A stretch of 44,360 nt of DNA from a virus (IMGVR_UViG_3300028588_000037:1-44360); one strand, 5' to 3'. Shown: positions 17,310 through 26,824, counted from the first letter of the stretch. The notes: generated by a model not told the origin, from the sequence alone. Numbers and translations are program-made.

Positions 17310-18135
17310 AATAAAGGCCGACGCCCGGATCGGCACGGCGCAATTCGATATGCGCCCGGACGCGCTGGAACGCTGGGAGCCGGCTATTTGCGCGGCAGCT
17401 TCTGACGACCCGGCCTCGATCTCGATCTACGAGCAGATCGGAGCGTCCTGGGACGGTTCCGGTATGACCGCGGCCCGTATGGGCGGGATCCTGCGCAGCA
17501 TCGGCGCGCGCGACGTGACCGTGAGCGTCAACTCCCCCGGCGGCGACTTCTTCGAGGGCGTGGCGATCTACAACCTGCTGCGGCAGCACAAGGCCAAGGT
17601 TACCGTGCAGGTGATGGGCCTGGCCGCATCGGCGGCGTCGGTCATTGCCATGGCCGGTGACGATATCCTGATGGGCGACGGCGCGTTCCTGATGATCCAT
17701 AACGCCTGGGCGGTCGCCGTCGGCAATCGGCACGACTTCCTGGCCGCGTCCGAACAGCTCGCCCCGTTCGATGCTGCCATGGCGGAAGTCTACGCCGCCC
17801 GTTCTGGCCTGTCGGTCGAAGAAACGGCCGCGATGATGGATAAGGAAACGTGGATCGGCGCCGCGCAGGCCGTTAAGGACGGCTTTGCCACCGGCATGGT
17901 CGACCGCTCGATAATTTCGCAAGACACGAAGGCGCAGGGGAGCAAGAAATACCTGGCGCTGGTGGAGGCATCGATGGCGCGGGCCGGGCACTCCCGGTCG
18001 GTGCGCCGAGACGCCCTCAAATCTCTATTTTCTGGCACGCCGGGCGCTGCTGAAAATCCTGCCATGCCGAGCGCTGGCGCTGACGTAGCAGCATCCCTGC
18101 AATCTCTCCTGAATAACATGAAAGGTACCCAATGA
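17287..18135 (+). CDS. ClpP-like head maturation protease
   Basis: VNSPGGDFFEG, GLAASAASVIAMAGD, MIHNAW, MDKETW. Confidence 0.93.
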   Translation: MSLLQLPEIKADARIGTAQFDMRPDALERWEPAICAAASDDPASISIYEQIGASWDGSGMTAARMGGILRSIGARDVTVSVNSPGGDFFEGVAIYNLLRQHKAKVTVQVMGLAASAASVIAMAGDDILMGDGAFLMIHNAWAVAVGNRHDFLAASEQLAPFDAAMAEVYAARSGLSVEETAAMMDKETWIGAAQAVKDGFATGMVDRSIISQDTKAQGSKKYLALVEASMARAGHSRSVRRDALKSLFSGTPGAAENPAMPSAGADVAASLQSLLNNMKGTQ

Positions 18136-19397
18136 AAAACCAAAGCATGGCGCTCATGATGATCGCTTCCGCACTGGCCGCCAACGCGCAGGCCAGCGTC
18201 ACCCGTGGCATCGTCAGCGTCCGCGCGGACGCCCTCGACGTCAAAGCCACCGTTGAAGCCCTGAACAAGGCATTCGCCGAATTCAAGACCGAGCACACGA
18301 AGCAGCTGGACGACATGAAGAAGGGTCATTCTGACTCGCTGCAGGCGCTGAAGGTCGACGCTATCAACGCGCACATCACCGAACTGCAGACCGCCGTCGA
18401 CCAAGCCACTACCAAGATGGCCGCGATGGAAATGGGCGCCGCCGGCACCCGCCCGGTGAAGGACAGGGAATACACTGACGCCTTCCAGGCGCATATGCGC
18501 AAGGGTGAGGTCCAGGCCTCGCTGAATAAGGGATCGGCGACCGACGGTGGCTATACCGCGCCGGTTGAATGGGATCGCACCATCACCAACAAGCTGGTGA
18601 TCATCTCGCCGATGCGCGATCTGTGCACCGTGCAATCGGTCGGCGGTGCGGGCTATTCGAAACTGATCAACCTGCGCGGCACCGGCAGCGGCTGGGTCGG
18701 CGAAACTGACCAGCGCCCGGAAACGAACACGCCGAAGTTCGCGCAGCAGGTCTATGGCTGGGGAGAGCTGTATGCAAACCCGAGCGCGACCCAAGGCATG
18801 CTGGACGACAGCGAGATGAACCTCGAGCAGTGGCTGGCCGGCGAAGTGGATACCGAATTCGCCTACCAGGAGAACAAAGCGTTCGTGAGCGGCGACGGCA
18901 CCAACAAACCGCGCGGCCTGCTGACCTACGCCGCCGGCGGCACCAACCTCCACCCGCTGGGCGGCATCGCTGTCACCCCATCGGGCGCGGTCGGCGGCAT
19001 CACCGGCGACGCGATCATGGACCTGGTGTACTCGCTGCCGTCGGCGTTCACCAACACCGCCCGCATGGCGCTCAACCGCAACACGCAGCTGAAGGTGCGC
19101 AAGCTCAAGGACGGCGAGGGTAACTACCTGTGGCAGCCGACGCTGGTAGCAGGCCAGCCGGCAACGCTGGCCGGCTACGGCCTGGGCGAAATCCCGGATA
19201 TGCCGGATGTGGCGACCAATGCACTGTCGATCGCGTTCGGCGACTTCAAGCGCGCCTACAAGATCCTGGACCGCGTCGGCGTGCGCGTGCTGCGCGACCC
19301 GTTCACCAACAAGCCGTACATCAGCTTCTACACCACGAAGCGTGTCGGCGGCGGTCTGGAAAATCCGGAGTGCATGAAGTTCATGAAGATCGGCTGA
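18132..19397 (+). CDS. Major capsid protein, HK97 fold
   Basis: N-terminal coiled-coil delta domain, DGGYTAP, WVGE, GDGTNKPRG, LKDGEGNYLWQP, FGDF, KRVGG. Confidence 0.96.
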   Translation: MKNQSMALMMIASALAANAQASVTRGIVSVRADALDVKATVEALNKAFAEFKTEHTKQLDDMKKGHSDSLQALKVDAINAHITELQTAVDQATTKMAAMEMGAAGTRPVKDREYTDAFQAHMRKGEVQASLNKGSATDGGYTAPVEWDRTITNKLVIISPMRDLCTVQSVGGAGYSKLINLRGTGSGWVGETDQRPETNTPKFAQQVYGWGELYANPSATQGMLDDSEMNLEQWLAGEVDTEFAYQENKAFVSGDGTNKPRGLLTYAAGGTNLHPLGGIAVTPSGAVGGITGDAIMDLVYSLPSAFTNTARMALNRNTQLKVRKLKDGEGNYLWQPTLVAGQPATLAGYGLGEIPDMPDVATNALSIAFGDFKRAYKILDRVGVRVLRDPFTNKPYISFYTTKRVGGGLENPECMKFMKIG

Positions 19398-19413
19398 TCG
19401 GCGATCGATGACC

Positions 19414-19446
19414 AAGAAGGCCCGGCTGATGCCGGGCTTTTCTTTT
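19414..19446 (+). terminator. Intrinsic terminator after the capsid gene
   Basis: aagaaggcccggc-tgat-gccgggcttttctttt. Confidence 0.8.
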
Positions 19447-19466
19447 ACATGTCCAACGGAGCAATC

Positions 19467-19718
19467 ATGAAATTTTCCAAGCCCTTCCGCGGCGTCCCTG
19501 ACGGCGAGATCTACCCGGTCGACTACGAGCCGGGCCAGGACTGCCCGCCGGAACTCGAGGCGTCCGCTATCGCGCTCGAAGCGATCGACGACGCCGGCGC
19601 CGGCGGCAATGACAAGTTGACCGTCGCGCAGCTGCGCGACGAGCTGACCGCGCGTGGCGTCGCCTTCGATCCGGCCGCCAAGAAAGCCGACCTGCTGGCG
19701 CTGCTGGACGCCCAGTAA
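19467..19718 (+). CDS. Small protein with C-terminal HeH/LEM/SAP-like motif
   Basis: KLTVAQLRDELTARGVAFDPAAKKADLLALL; usual post-capsid position. Confidence 0.78.
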   Translation: MKFSKPFRGVPDGEIYPVDYEPGQDCPPELEASAIALEAIDDAGAGGNDKLTVAQLRDELTARGVAFDPAAKKADLLALLDAQ

Positions 19719-19721
19719 CCC

Positions 19722-19922
19722 ATGCGCCCGGCCACCACCGCCTGGCTCGCCAACGTGCGCGCCAACGCGGCGCCGCCGGGCACCACCTTCGTCATCGTTC
19801 GCGGCCCGGCCGGCTCGGTGGCGATCACCCCAGATGAAATAGTCGGCAAGTCCGACGACGACGAGCTGCTGGCGTTCATCGTCGGCCGGCTCAAGAACTC
19901 CAATACCCCGAGGACCGCATGA
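19722..19922 (+). CDS. Hypothetical protein
   Basis: Fills the operon gap; ATGA overlap with the next gene. Confidence 0.55.
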   Translation: MRPATTAWLANVRANAAPPGTTFVIVRGPAGSVAITPDEIVGKSDDDELLAFIVGRLKNSNTPRTA

Positions 19923-20398
19923 GCGCACTGACCGACAATTTCGAAAACAAATACATCGACTGGCTGTTCCGCGGCCAGGCGCTGGGCCTGAATGGCTCGA
20001 CCGCCGGCGCCGGCAGCGGCCCGGCCACGCTGTACGTCAGCCTGAAGGTCGCGGCCGACTCGGACAGCGCACAGGGCGCCGAGGTGTCGGGCGGCGGCTA
20101 TGCGCGCGTGGCCATCACCTCGAACCTGGCCAACTGGGCCGGCACGCAGGGAGCCGCCAGCACATCGGTGTCGAGCGGAACCAGTGGCACCACGTCGAAC
20201 AACAACGCGCTCCAGTTCTCTGGCGGCTCGGCCGTAAGCGCCGCCTGGGGGCAGGTGGTGGGCTTCGGCATTCACGATTCGCTGACCGGCGGCATCGAGC
20301 TGTTCTATGCGCCGCTGAACACCCCCAAGACGATCAATCAAGGCGATCCGGCCCCGTCGTTCCCGGCTGGCGCGCTGACGGTCCAGCTGGACAACTGA
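19919..20398 (+). CDS. Putative virion fibre-associated beta-sandwich protein
   Basis: EVSGGGYARVA, N...F, WG.V..FGIHD..TGG..L, G.L.V motifs recurrent in phage structural regions. Confidence 0.7.
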   Translation: MSALTDNFENKYIDWLFRGQALGLNGSTAGAGSGPATLYVSLKVAADSDSAQGAEVSGGGYARVAITSNLANWAGTQGAASTSVSSGTSGTTSNNNALQFSGGSAVSAAWGQVVGFGIHDSLTGGIELFYAPLNTPKTINQGDPAPSFPAGALTVQLDN

Positions 20399-20400
20399 TC

Positions 20401-20970
20401 ATGACGCCCGCTGAACAATCGGCCCTGCAGGGCCTGGCCGGGCGCCCGCTGACCGATGCTGAGATGGCCGCGCTGCCGGCGCTGGTCGCCGCACGCAACG
20501 ATGTGGCCGTCGCTGCGCTGCTGTCGACCGGCCGCAAGCGCATCGTGTCGCGCCTGATCACCGCGCGCGGCGTGCGTGCCGCGCTGACCGTGCCAGAAGC
20601 GTTCCTATTCCTGACGCTGCTGAAGGCCACGGCCGGCGCCACCATCGTGCCGACCTGGCTGGCGGACGTGCTGACCGCCGCCGGCGTGGCCGACGCCAAC
20701 CATGCGGCCTACCTCGATATGTTCGCATGCGCGCATGACTGGCTGCAGGGCGCAGGCCTGGACCTGGGCGACGCGACCACGCGCGCGGGTCTGGCGCTGA
20801 TCGCAGAAAGCGACCACGCGACGTTCGGCGGCATCGTGGCCAAGCTGCTGGCGCTGGCCGAGGTGGCGGATCCGCTGCCGCTCGGTGGGGTCAGCTTCGC
20901 ACTGAACGTCGCCGCCGGTCACATCGACCTGGGTGACGGAACAACTTTTATCCCGGGCGGTGAGCAATGA
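20401..20970 (+). CDS. Hypothetical helical protein of the fibre-like module
   Basis: 189-aa ORF in operon, coupled to the next gene. Confidence 0.7.
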   Translation: MTPAEQSALQGLAGRPLTDAEMAALPALVAARNDVAVAALLSTGRKRIVSRLITARGVRAALTVPEAFLFLTLLKATAGATIVPTWLADVLTAAGVADANHAAYLDMFACAHDWLQGAGLDLGDATTRAGLALIAESDHATFGGIVAKLLALAEVADPLPLGGVSFALNVAAGHIDLGDGTTFIPGGEQ

Positions 20971-21425
20971 GCGGCGAAACCATCGAAGTCTTGAGCGCCA
21001 CCCCGATCGCGCTTGAAACTGCAGGTCTGGCTCTGGCCAACGGCTCCATAACGATGGTGTCGAACGTCTATGACAAGATGGCCACTACCGCCAACGCCGG
21101 CGGAAACGGCTACCCTGACGGACAATTCATTTTCGAAGGGACGTTCAACACGGCGCCGGTCGAAAACAGCCTGTTGTCGCTGTACGTTCGCGAATATCCG
21201 GCGAACGGTGCGGCACGCACTGATGTGCCGGAAGCGACACGCCCAGGTCGGCCAATCGGGTCGTTTCAGGTGAACGATCGTACCGGCCTTCAGACCCTGG
21301 TGCTGATGCTGGAAGGTCTGCCGCCGAAAGGTGATTACTACATCCACAACAACGGTACCGGGCAGGCTGTGGCAAGCGGCTGGAAGCTGTCCGTCGTCCC
21401 GCGCACCTTCAGGCCGGCCCCATAA
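20967..21425 (+). CDS. Hypothetical beta-rich structural protein
   Basis: 152 aa, alternating hydrophobic pattern, ATGA-coupled. Confidence 0.7.
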   Translation: MSGETIEVLSATPIALETAGLALANGSITMVSNVYDKMATTANAGGNGYPDGQFIFEGTFNTAPVENSLLSLYVREYPANGAARTDVPEATRPGRPIGSFQVNDRTGLQTLVLMLEGLPPKGDYYIHNNGTGQAVASGWKLSVVPRTFRPAP

Positions 21426-21437
21426 CGGAGGCTCGCA

Positions 21438-23195
21438 ATGCTTAAAGTCGCAAGGCAACTGCCGCGCATTCGGACCTCGAACCCGATTACACGGGGTTTG
21501 CGTTTCGCATACCTCACCGGATCGACGGTCAACCTTGTACGGCCGCATGAGGTCGCGCGCGTAACGGGTGGTGCAGGGAAGGTTCGCAACAGCCTGCAGA
21601 TGACCGGCGTGGACGGCAACGGTCTGGTTTTCGGCAGTGGCGGGTTGCTTGGTCCCCTAAATAATTCCACGGTAGTGTGTGTTGGCACGTTCGCGGATGG
21701 CTACCGATCTTTGTATTGCGAACGAAGCGCCGGCAACGAAATCTACAAACTCGAAAGCGGGCGTTTGCTGAACGGCGGCCGGATTCCCGGCGTGCAGTTC
21801 ACCTATCGCAATAGCGGCGGGACGCTCGCATTTGCCTACGCCGATGTTGAGTTAGGCGGTGGACCGAAGCTATTTGCAGCGATCAAAACTGGTGGATTTC
21901 ACGAGGTCTGGGCTGGTCTTGTGGGGCGCGCCGGCCCGAACGATACGTATGGGACCGCAAATTTCGGCGGGGATTCGACGTTCTCGGACCCTTCCGTGCT
22001 GCGCACCCACGGGTACGACGCGCAGGATCCGCAGCAGCCGCTGATCGGTACATCCGATTTGCTGCTCGGCTGGGATCGATCGCTCACAGTCACCGAGCTA
22101 CAACAGATCCGGGCGAATCCGGGCCAGCTTTTTGATTTTTCATCGCTGCCGGTTTTCACTGCGAGCAAATCCGCCGCGGCGATTACCCTGAGCGGATCTG
22201 CTACGGCCGTGGCCAGCGCTTACGGCGCACTGACGTCGGCGATTCCGCTGGCTGGATCGGCGCAAGCCTCCGCCGTCGGTGCCGGCACCTTGGCTACGTC
22301 AATCCAGTTGTCCAGCACTGCAGTCGCTCGCGCCGCAGCTGCTGGCGACCTTTCCACGTCGATCGCGCTCGCTGGCGCTGCCGTGGCAAGCACTGTGGCT
22401 GTCGGCGCGCTGGCCGGCAGCGGCGTTACGCTGGTCGGCACAGCTGTGGCGTCCGCGAGCGCGACGGGCACGCTGTCGACCGCCATCCCGCTGGCCGGAA
22501 CAGCGCGGGCCGAGGCGTCTGCTTCAGGGGCGCTGGCCGGTACCACAACAGGGCTGAGCGGCACCGCGCGCGTCACGGCGAGTGCAGCGGGTGCGCTATC
22601 GACATCGATCCGCCTGGCCGGCGCCGCCGCGGCGGTCGCATCCGCGTATGGCTCGCTGGCCACCAGGATCACGCTCGGCGGCGCGGTTGCGGCGTCCGCT
22701 GTGGCGATTGGCGCGCTGAGCGTGGGCAAGCCGTCGGCGCCGATCGACATATCAAAAGTTTCCCCGTCGCGCATCGTTGTCTTCGAAGGCAGCGGCAGCC
22801 GCATCGTGGTGTTCGAAGGCAGCGGCAAAAGAATGAGGTTCGACGAGATGAGTGCAAAGGTACCGGTCAAGGTCAACGGCAAATGGATGTCCGACCGTGA
22901 CCCTGACGAGGAAAGCTACTACGCGGCCGACGTCACGGATGAATTTTCGGACCGGCACACAACGCTGGCGGCTGGGGGCGATGCGATCGAGCTGATCCTG
23001 CAGGGCGTGACGCAGCTCGAGGCCCACAGTGTCCAGGTGGCGAACGTCGACGGGGTCGATCGGACCTACATCGTGGTGCTGCTGGGCGGAGTGGAAGGTG
23101 ATCTGCCGAAGGAGTGGTTCTGGTGCGCGCGCGTGAAGTGCGCGAACGGCGAGCGCTTCGATAAAACAACCTGGTTCAACAGGGTGGACACGTAA
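21438..23195 (+). CDS. Fibre-like protein: LamG/ConA-like N-domain, Ala/Gly/Ser repeats, C-terminal adaptor-like domain
   Basis: GGAGG RBS; WDRSLTVTELQQI..NP (LamG-like end); nine ~20-aa repeats; DRDPDE..YY..D and GERFDKT.WF at the C-terminus. Confidence 0.75.
   Translation: MLKVARQLPRIRTSNPITRGLRFAYLTGSTVNLVRPHEVARVTGGAGKVRNSLQMTGVDGNGLVFGSGGLLGPLNNSTVVCVGTFADGYRSLYCERSAGNEIYKLESGRLLNGGRIPGVQFTYRNSGGTLAFAYADVELGGGPKLFAAIKTGGFHEVWAGLVGRAGPNDTYGTANFGGDSTFSDPSVLRTHGYDAQDPQQPLIGTSDLLLGWDRSLTVTELQQIRANPGQLFDFSSLPVFTASKSAAAITLSGSATAVASAYGALTSAIPLAGSAQASAVGAGTLATSIQLSSTAVARAAAAGDLSTSIALAGAAVASTVAVGALAGSGVTLVGTAVASASATGTLSTAIPLAGTARAEASASGALAGTTTGLSGTARVTASAAGALSTSIRLAGAAAAVASAYGSLATRITLGGAVAASAVAIGALSVGKPSAPIDISKVSPSRIVVFEGSGSRIVVFEGSGKRMRFDEMSAKVPVKVNGKWMSDRDPDEESYYAADVTDEFSDRHTTLAAGGDAIELILQGVTQLEAHSVQVANVDGVDRTYIVVLLGGVEGDLPKEWFWCARVKCANGERFDKTTWFNRVDT
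22188..22826 (+). repeat. Nine degenerate 60-63-nt coding repeats plus a 30-nt tandem duplication
   Basis: L(A/S)G.A.A.A.A.G.L...I x9; SRIVVFEGSG x2 at 22767-22826. Confidence 0.85.
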
Positions 23196-23383
23196 TGATC
23201 AACATCGCCGAACGGCTGGCGGCGCAGGCACAGAAAGCACGCACTGCGCCGGCCGCCGCAGTGAGCACCAGACCGGAAGAACCCGAGGCGCCGCCAGCCA
23301 TCGAATACGCTCGCGCGCCAGTCGCATCCGGCCCGCAGCCGGCCGGCGGTCGTCCACCCGCAATCCAAAGGAACAGCCGATGA
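23195..23383 (+). CDS. Small Pro/Ala-rich protein
   Basis: TAATG and ATGA coupling to neighbours. Confidence 0.55.
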   Translation: MINIAERLAAQAQKARTAPAAAVSTRPEEPEAPPAIEYARAPVASGPQPAGGRPPAIQRNSR

Positions 23384-23940
23384 GCATGGAAGAAATTAGC
23401 CCGCCGGCGGCGCTGGCGGTGTCGCTCGTCGACGCCAAGGACCAGCTGCGCATCGAGCGGGACGACACCGCGTTTGACAGCCAGCTGGCCATCTGGATCG
23501 CCGGCATCACCGCGGAAGCGGAGCACGAGACGAACCGCAAGTTCGTGAACCGGCCGATGCGCGTCACCCTCGACCGCTTCGACGATGCGATCCGCCTGGC
23601 GGCGCCGACGTTCAGCGTCGAGAGCGTGCGGTTCGTCGACACCGCCGGTATCGAGCAGACGCTCAACCCGATCGACTACTACACGGACAAGGTGACCAAG
23701 CCCGGTTACGTGGTGCCGGCCAGCGGCCGGGCCTGGCCGGCGACGGCGGCGCGGCTCAACGTCGTAATGGTCGACTTCACGGCCGGCCACGGCCCGAGCG
23801 AAACCACGACGCCGGCGGCCGCCCGGCTGTACATCCTGGCGCGCCTGACCGAGCTGTGGGACCCGGCCACCAAGGAATTCAAGGAAACCGTCCGCTCCAA
23901 CTTCACGAAGCGGCTGCTGGACGGGCTGAAGGTGTACTGA
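23380..23940 (+). CDS. Head-tail connector (gp6/gp15-like adaptor)
   Basis: VSLVDAKDQLRI..D...D, AEHETNR, WPAT, V.FTAG. Confidence 0.85.
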   Translation: MSMEEISPPAALAVSLVDAKDQLRIERDDTAFDSQLAIWIAGITAEAEHETNRKFVNRPMRVTLDRFDDAIRLAAPTFSVESVRFVDTAGIEQTLNPIDYYTDKVTKPGYVVPASGRAWPATAARLNVVMVDFTAGHGPSETTTPAAARLYILARLTELWDPATKEFKETVRSNFTKRLLDGLKVY

Positions 23941-24275
23941 TGACAAATTGCTTCATTCTCGACAAGCGGGTGACGCTGCAGCAGCGCGGCCTCGGCCGCA
24001 CCGCGCTCAACGCGCCGGCCAAGGACTGGGTCAACGTGCTGCCCGGCGACGGGAAGATGTGGGCCTGGGTGCGGGACATCAGCGGCCGCCAGTTCGTCGC
24101 CGCCGGCGGCACGCAGAACCAGGTGCAGACCGAGATCGGGATCCGGCGCCGCGCCGGCGTGGTGCCGAGCATGCGCATCCTGCATAGCGGTTTCAAGTAC
24201 GACATCGAAGCGGTGCTCGAGCACGACCGGTCTTGGTTGATCCTGATGTGTAAAAAGGAGCCTTTCAATGGCTGA
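23940..24275 (+). CDS. Head closure protein (SPP1 gp16-like)
   Basis: LDKRVTLQ...W...WA.V..ISGRQF.A...IR...MRI...YDIEAV...L.LMC. Confidence 0.88.
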   Translation: MTNCFILDKRVTLQQRGLGRTALNAPAKDWVNVLPGDGKMWAWVRDISGRQFVAAGGTQNQVQTEIGIRRRAGVVPSMRILHSGFKYDIEAVLEHDRSWLILMCKKEPFNG

Positions 24276-24777
24276 GCTAAAGATTCAAGGCCTGGACGAG
24301 CTGCGTATGCGCATGAACGGCGTCAGCGACAAGCTGCTGAAGCGCGTGCTGCGGCCGAGCGTCCGGAAGGGCGCGAACGTGGTGCGCACCCAGGCGCGAG
24401 ACAACTTCAACACCGCCGGCGGCCCGAACGACATCACCACCGCGCTGAAGGCGTCGATCCGTGTTACGCCGCGGCGCGGCACGCCAACCCGGGTCGTGGT
24501 CAGCGTAGTGGCCGGCGACCTGACCGGCGCCCAGATCAAGAAGTTCGGTAAGAAGGCGGCGTTTTATGCGCTGTGGGTCGAGAGGGGGCACATCAACCGT
24601 GCTGCTGGCCAGGCGCTACGGGGCAGTAAAGCCGGCGTGAAGGCGGCACGCGCGGCGTCGACGAACAACACGCCAGCGCACCCGTACATGCAGCCTGCCA
24701 TCGAAACAAAGGCGCAGGAAGCGATCGACATCGTGGTGCAGGACGTCACTGCCAGGCTGGCCGAGGCCGTTTCGTGA
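24268..24777 (+). CDS. HK97 gp10-family tail completion protein
   Basis: IQGLDEL, L..SI, FYALWVERGH, PAHPYMQPA. Confidence 0.88.
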   Translation: MAELKIQGLDELRMRMNGVSDKLLKRVLRPSVRKGANVVRTQARDNFNTAGGPNDITTALKASIRVTPRRGTPTRVVVSVVAGDLTGAQIKKFGKKAAFYALWVERGHINRAAGQALRGSKAGVKAARAASTNNTPAHPYMQPAIETKAQEAIDIVVQDVTARLAEAVS

Positions 24778-25172
24778 GCGCGCACGCTGCAATCCTCGGT
24801 CTGCTGCAGGAGTTGCCCGGACTGGCGGCGCTGGTCGGCGAGCGGATTTTTCCTGACCAGATGGACGATCCCCCGAAATATCCGTCGGTGACGTTCCAGA
24901 AGATGGGCGGCGGCAGCGCGCGCGGCGCCGTGAGAAACCCCGGCCTGGCGCGCGCATCGTTCCTGGTGTCGACGTGGGCCGAGTCCCGGGACGAGACGGT
25001 GCTGATCGCCGCCCAGGTCAAGAAGGCGCTGGACCGCAAACGAAAGGTCATCGTGGCCGGCGTGCGGGTCGACGACTGCTTCTACGAAAGCGACCACGAT
25101 CAGCAGGATCCGGACAGCGGGATCTGCTTCAACCAGATGAGCTTCACCATCCACTACCGCGAGACCACATGA
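24774..25172 (+). CDS. Tail terminator (DUF3168-like)
   Basis: LAALVGERIFP....P.YP.VTFQ; V.TWA; VKKAL. Confidence 0.8.
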   Translation: MSAHAAILGLLQELPGLAALVGERIFPDQMDDPPKYPSVTFQKMGGGSARGAVRNPGLARASFLVSTWAESRDETVLIAAQVKKALDRKRKVIVAGVRVDDCFYESDHDQQDPDSGICFNQMSFTIHYRETT

Positions 25173-25639
25173 CGAAAACCGAACAAATAATGGTAGCGAT
25201 CAAGGACGCGCTCACCGCCGCCGGGCTGACCGTTCTGGATCCGGACGCGCCGGACGACGCGGAACCGATCGAGCCCGCCAGCGACGACGCGACCGTCCGC
25301 GACGATATCGAGAGGCCGTACGCGTTCCAGGATGGGCCGTGCGTCATCCTCGACTGCGGAGACGAATACCCCGATCCAGTCGTCGGGATGGGCTGGGTGT
25401 ACTGGAACCTCGAGGTGCTGGCGCAGATCGCCGCCGAAGGCCCGGTGCCGAAGATGGCGCCCGAGCCGACTCGAGCTGCAGTGCACGCCGCTCTGTATGC
25501 CGATCGCACCCTCGGCGGCGCCGTTATCGACCTGGCGGTCGGGCCGATCTCTCGCGGGATCGACGGGCGAAACCCGGCCTGCGGTATCACCCAGGTCACC
25601 TACAAACTGAAGTATCGAACCATGGAAGGCACAGCATGA
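25169..25639 (+). CDS. Second tail-terminator-like (gpU-like) protein
   Basis: MTKTEQIMVAIKDAL...VHAALYADRTLGG.VIDL...Y.LKYRT. Confidence 0.65.
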   Translation: MTKTEQIMVAIKDALTAAGLTVLDPDAPDDAEPIEPASDDATVRDDIERPYAFQDGPCVILDCGDEYPDPVVGMGWVYWNLEVLAQIAAEGPVPKMAPEPTRAAVHAALYADRTLGGAVIDLAVGPISRGIDGRNPACGITQVTYKLKYRTMEGTA

Positions 25640-25812
25640 ACGACGAACACGCAGGCCTGGGCGGCAGCTACACGCTGAACCCCAAAACTGGCAAGCGCAC
25701 CCTGGTGGCGCGCACCGAGCCCCCGGCGCCGGCCGAGGAGCAAACCGACAAACCCGCTGATGCGGGTTTTTCTTTGCCGGCAGCACCGGCTGAACCGACC
25801 ACCAAGGAGTGA
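25636..25812 (+). CDS. Small hypothetical protein
   Basis: MNDEHAGLGGSYTLNPKTGKRTLVARTEP; ATGA-coupled. Confidence 0.65.
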   Translation: MNDEHAGLGGSYTLNPKTGKRTLVARTEPPAPAEEQTDKPADAGFSLPAAPAEPTTKE

Positions 25813-25814
25813 GC

Positions 25815-26753
25815 ATGGCCCTGTTGACCCGCAAACGCGTCATCCTGTCGAAGATCGAAACCGCGTACGGCACCGACCCGGTGCCCACCGGCGCAGCAAA
25901 CGCCATCCAGGTGACCAGCATCACCGCCACGCCGATGGAGACCGCCCTGGTCGAGCGCGGCCTGATCCGCCAGTACATGGGCAATTCCGAAAGCCTGGCT
26001 GGCTCGGTCTACGGCAAACTGGAGATCGAAGTCGAGCTGTCCGGATCCGGCACCGCCGGCACCGCGCCGGGTTGCGGTCCGCTGTTGCGCGCCTGCGGCA
26101 TGTCCGAAACCATCGTGGTCGGCACCAGCGTCACGTACGCACCGGTGTCGGGCGCGTTCGAATCGGTCACGAACTACTTCAACCAGGACGGCGTGCTGCA
26201 CAAGATGACCGGCTCGCGCGGCAGCTGGTCGCTGGCGTTCTCGGCCCAGGGCATTCCGAAGCTGAAGTTCTCGTTCCAGGGCCTGTATTCGCCCGTCATC
26301 GACGCGCTGCCACCGACCGGCGTGGTCTACACGGCTTTCGCGCTGCCGCTGGTCGTGAACAACGTGAATACCACCGGCCTGACCCTGCAGGGCTTCGCCG
26401 GCCTGGTCATGTCGGACCTGTCGGTTGACATCGGCAATTCGGTCACGTTCCGCTCCCTGGTGGGCGGCGCCGAGCAGGTGATGCAGACCGATCGCAAGCC
26501 GGCTGGCTCGATCACGTTCGAAGCCACCACCGTGGCGCAGAAAGACTGGTGGACCGCCGCGCGCAGCGCCGCAACCGGCCCGTTGTCGCTTACCCACGGC
26601 ACGGCCGCGGGCAACAAGGTCAAGGTCGACGCGCCGAAAGCGCAGATCACCCAGCCGAACTACACCGACAAGGACGGCATCGCCATGATCCAGGCCAGCC
26701 TGGTGCTGGTGCCGAACATCGGCAACGACGAGCTCACGCTCACCTTCCTGTAA
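25815..26753 (+). CDS. Major tail tube protein
   Basis: AAGGAG RBS; KIETAYGTDP, GSGTAGTAP..GPLLRACG, HGTAAGN, GNDELTL; precedes chaperone and tape measure. Confidence 0.88.
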   Translation: MALLTRKRVILSKIETAYGTDPVPTGAANAIQVTSITATPMETALVERGLIRQYMGNSESLAGSVYGKLEIEVELSGSGTAGTAPGCGPLLRACGMSETIVVGTSVTYAPVSGAFESVTNYFNQDGVLHKMTGSRGSWSLAFSAQGIPKLKFSFQGLYSPVIDALPPTGVVYTAFALPLVVNNVNTTGLTLQGFAGLVMSDLSVDIGNSVTFRSLVGGAEQVMQTDRKPAGSITFEATTVAQKDWWTAARSAATGPLSLTHGTAAGNKVKVDAPKAQITQPNYTDKDGIAMIQASLVLVPNIGNDELTLTFL

Positions 26754-26786
26754 CACCCGGCCCAGCGCCGATTCACCGAGCACCGA

Positions 26787-26824
26787 CTGGCCGCCGTCTT
26801 CTCTTCGCGGGGAGCGGCGGCCGG
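26787..26824 (+). other. GC-rich intergenic RNA hairpin without U-tract
   Basis: ctggccgccg / cggcggccgg outer stem with cttctc / ggggag inner stem. Confidence 0.65.

Noticed and set aside
22188-22826. Tandem repeats as a possible CRISPR array or DGR template
   Set aside because: Degenerate in-frame protein repeats without spacers; no cas or reverse transcriptase gene in the window
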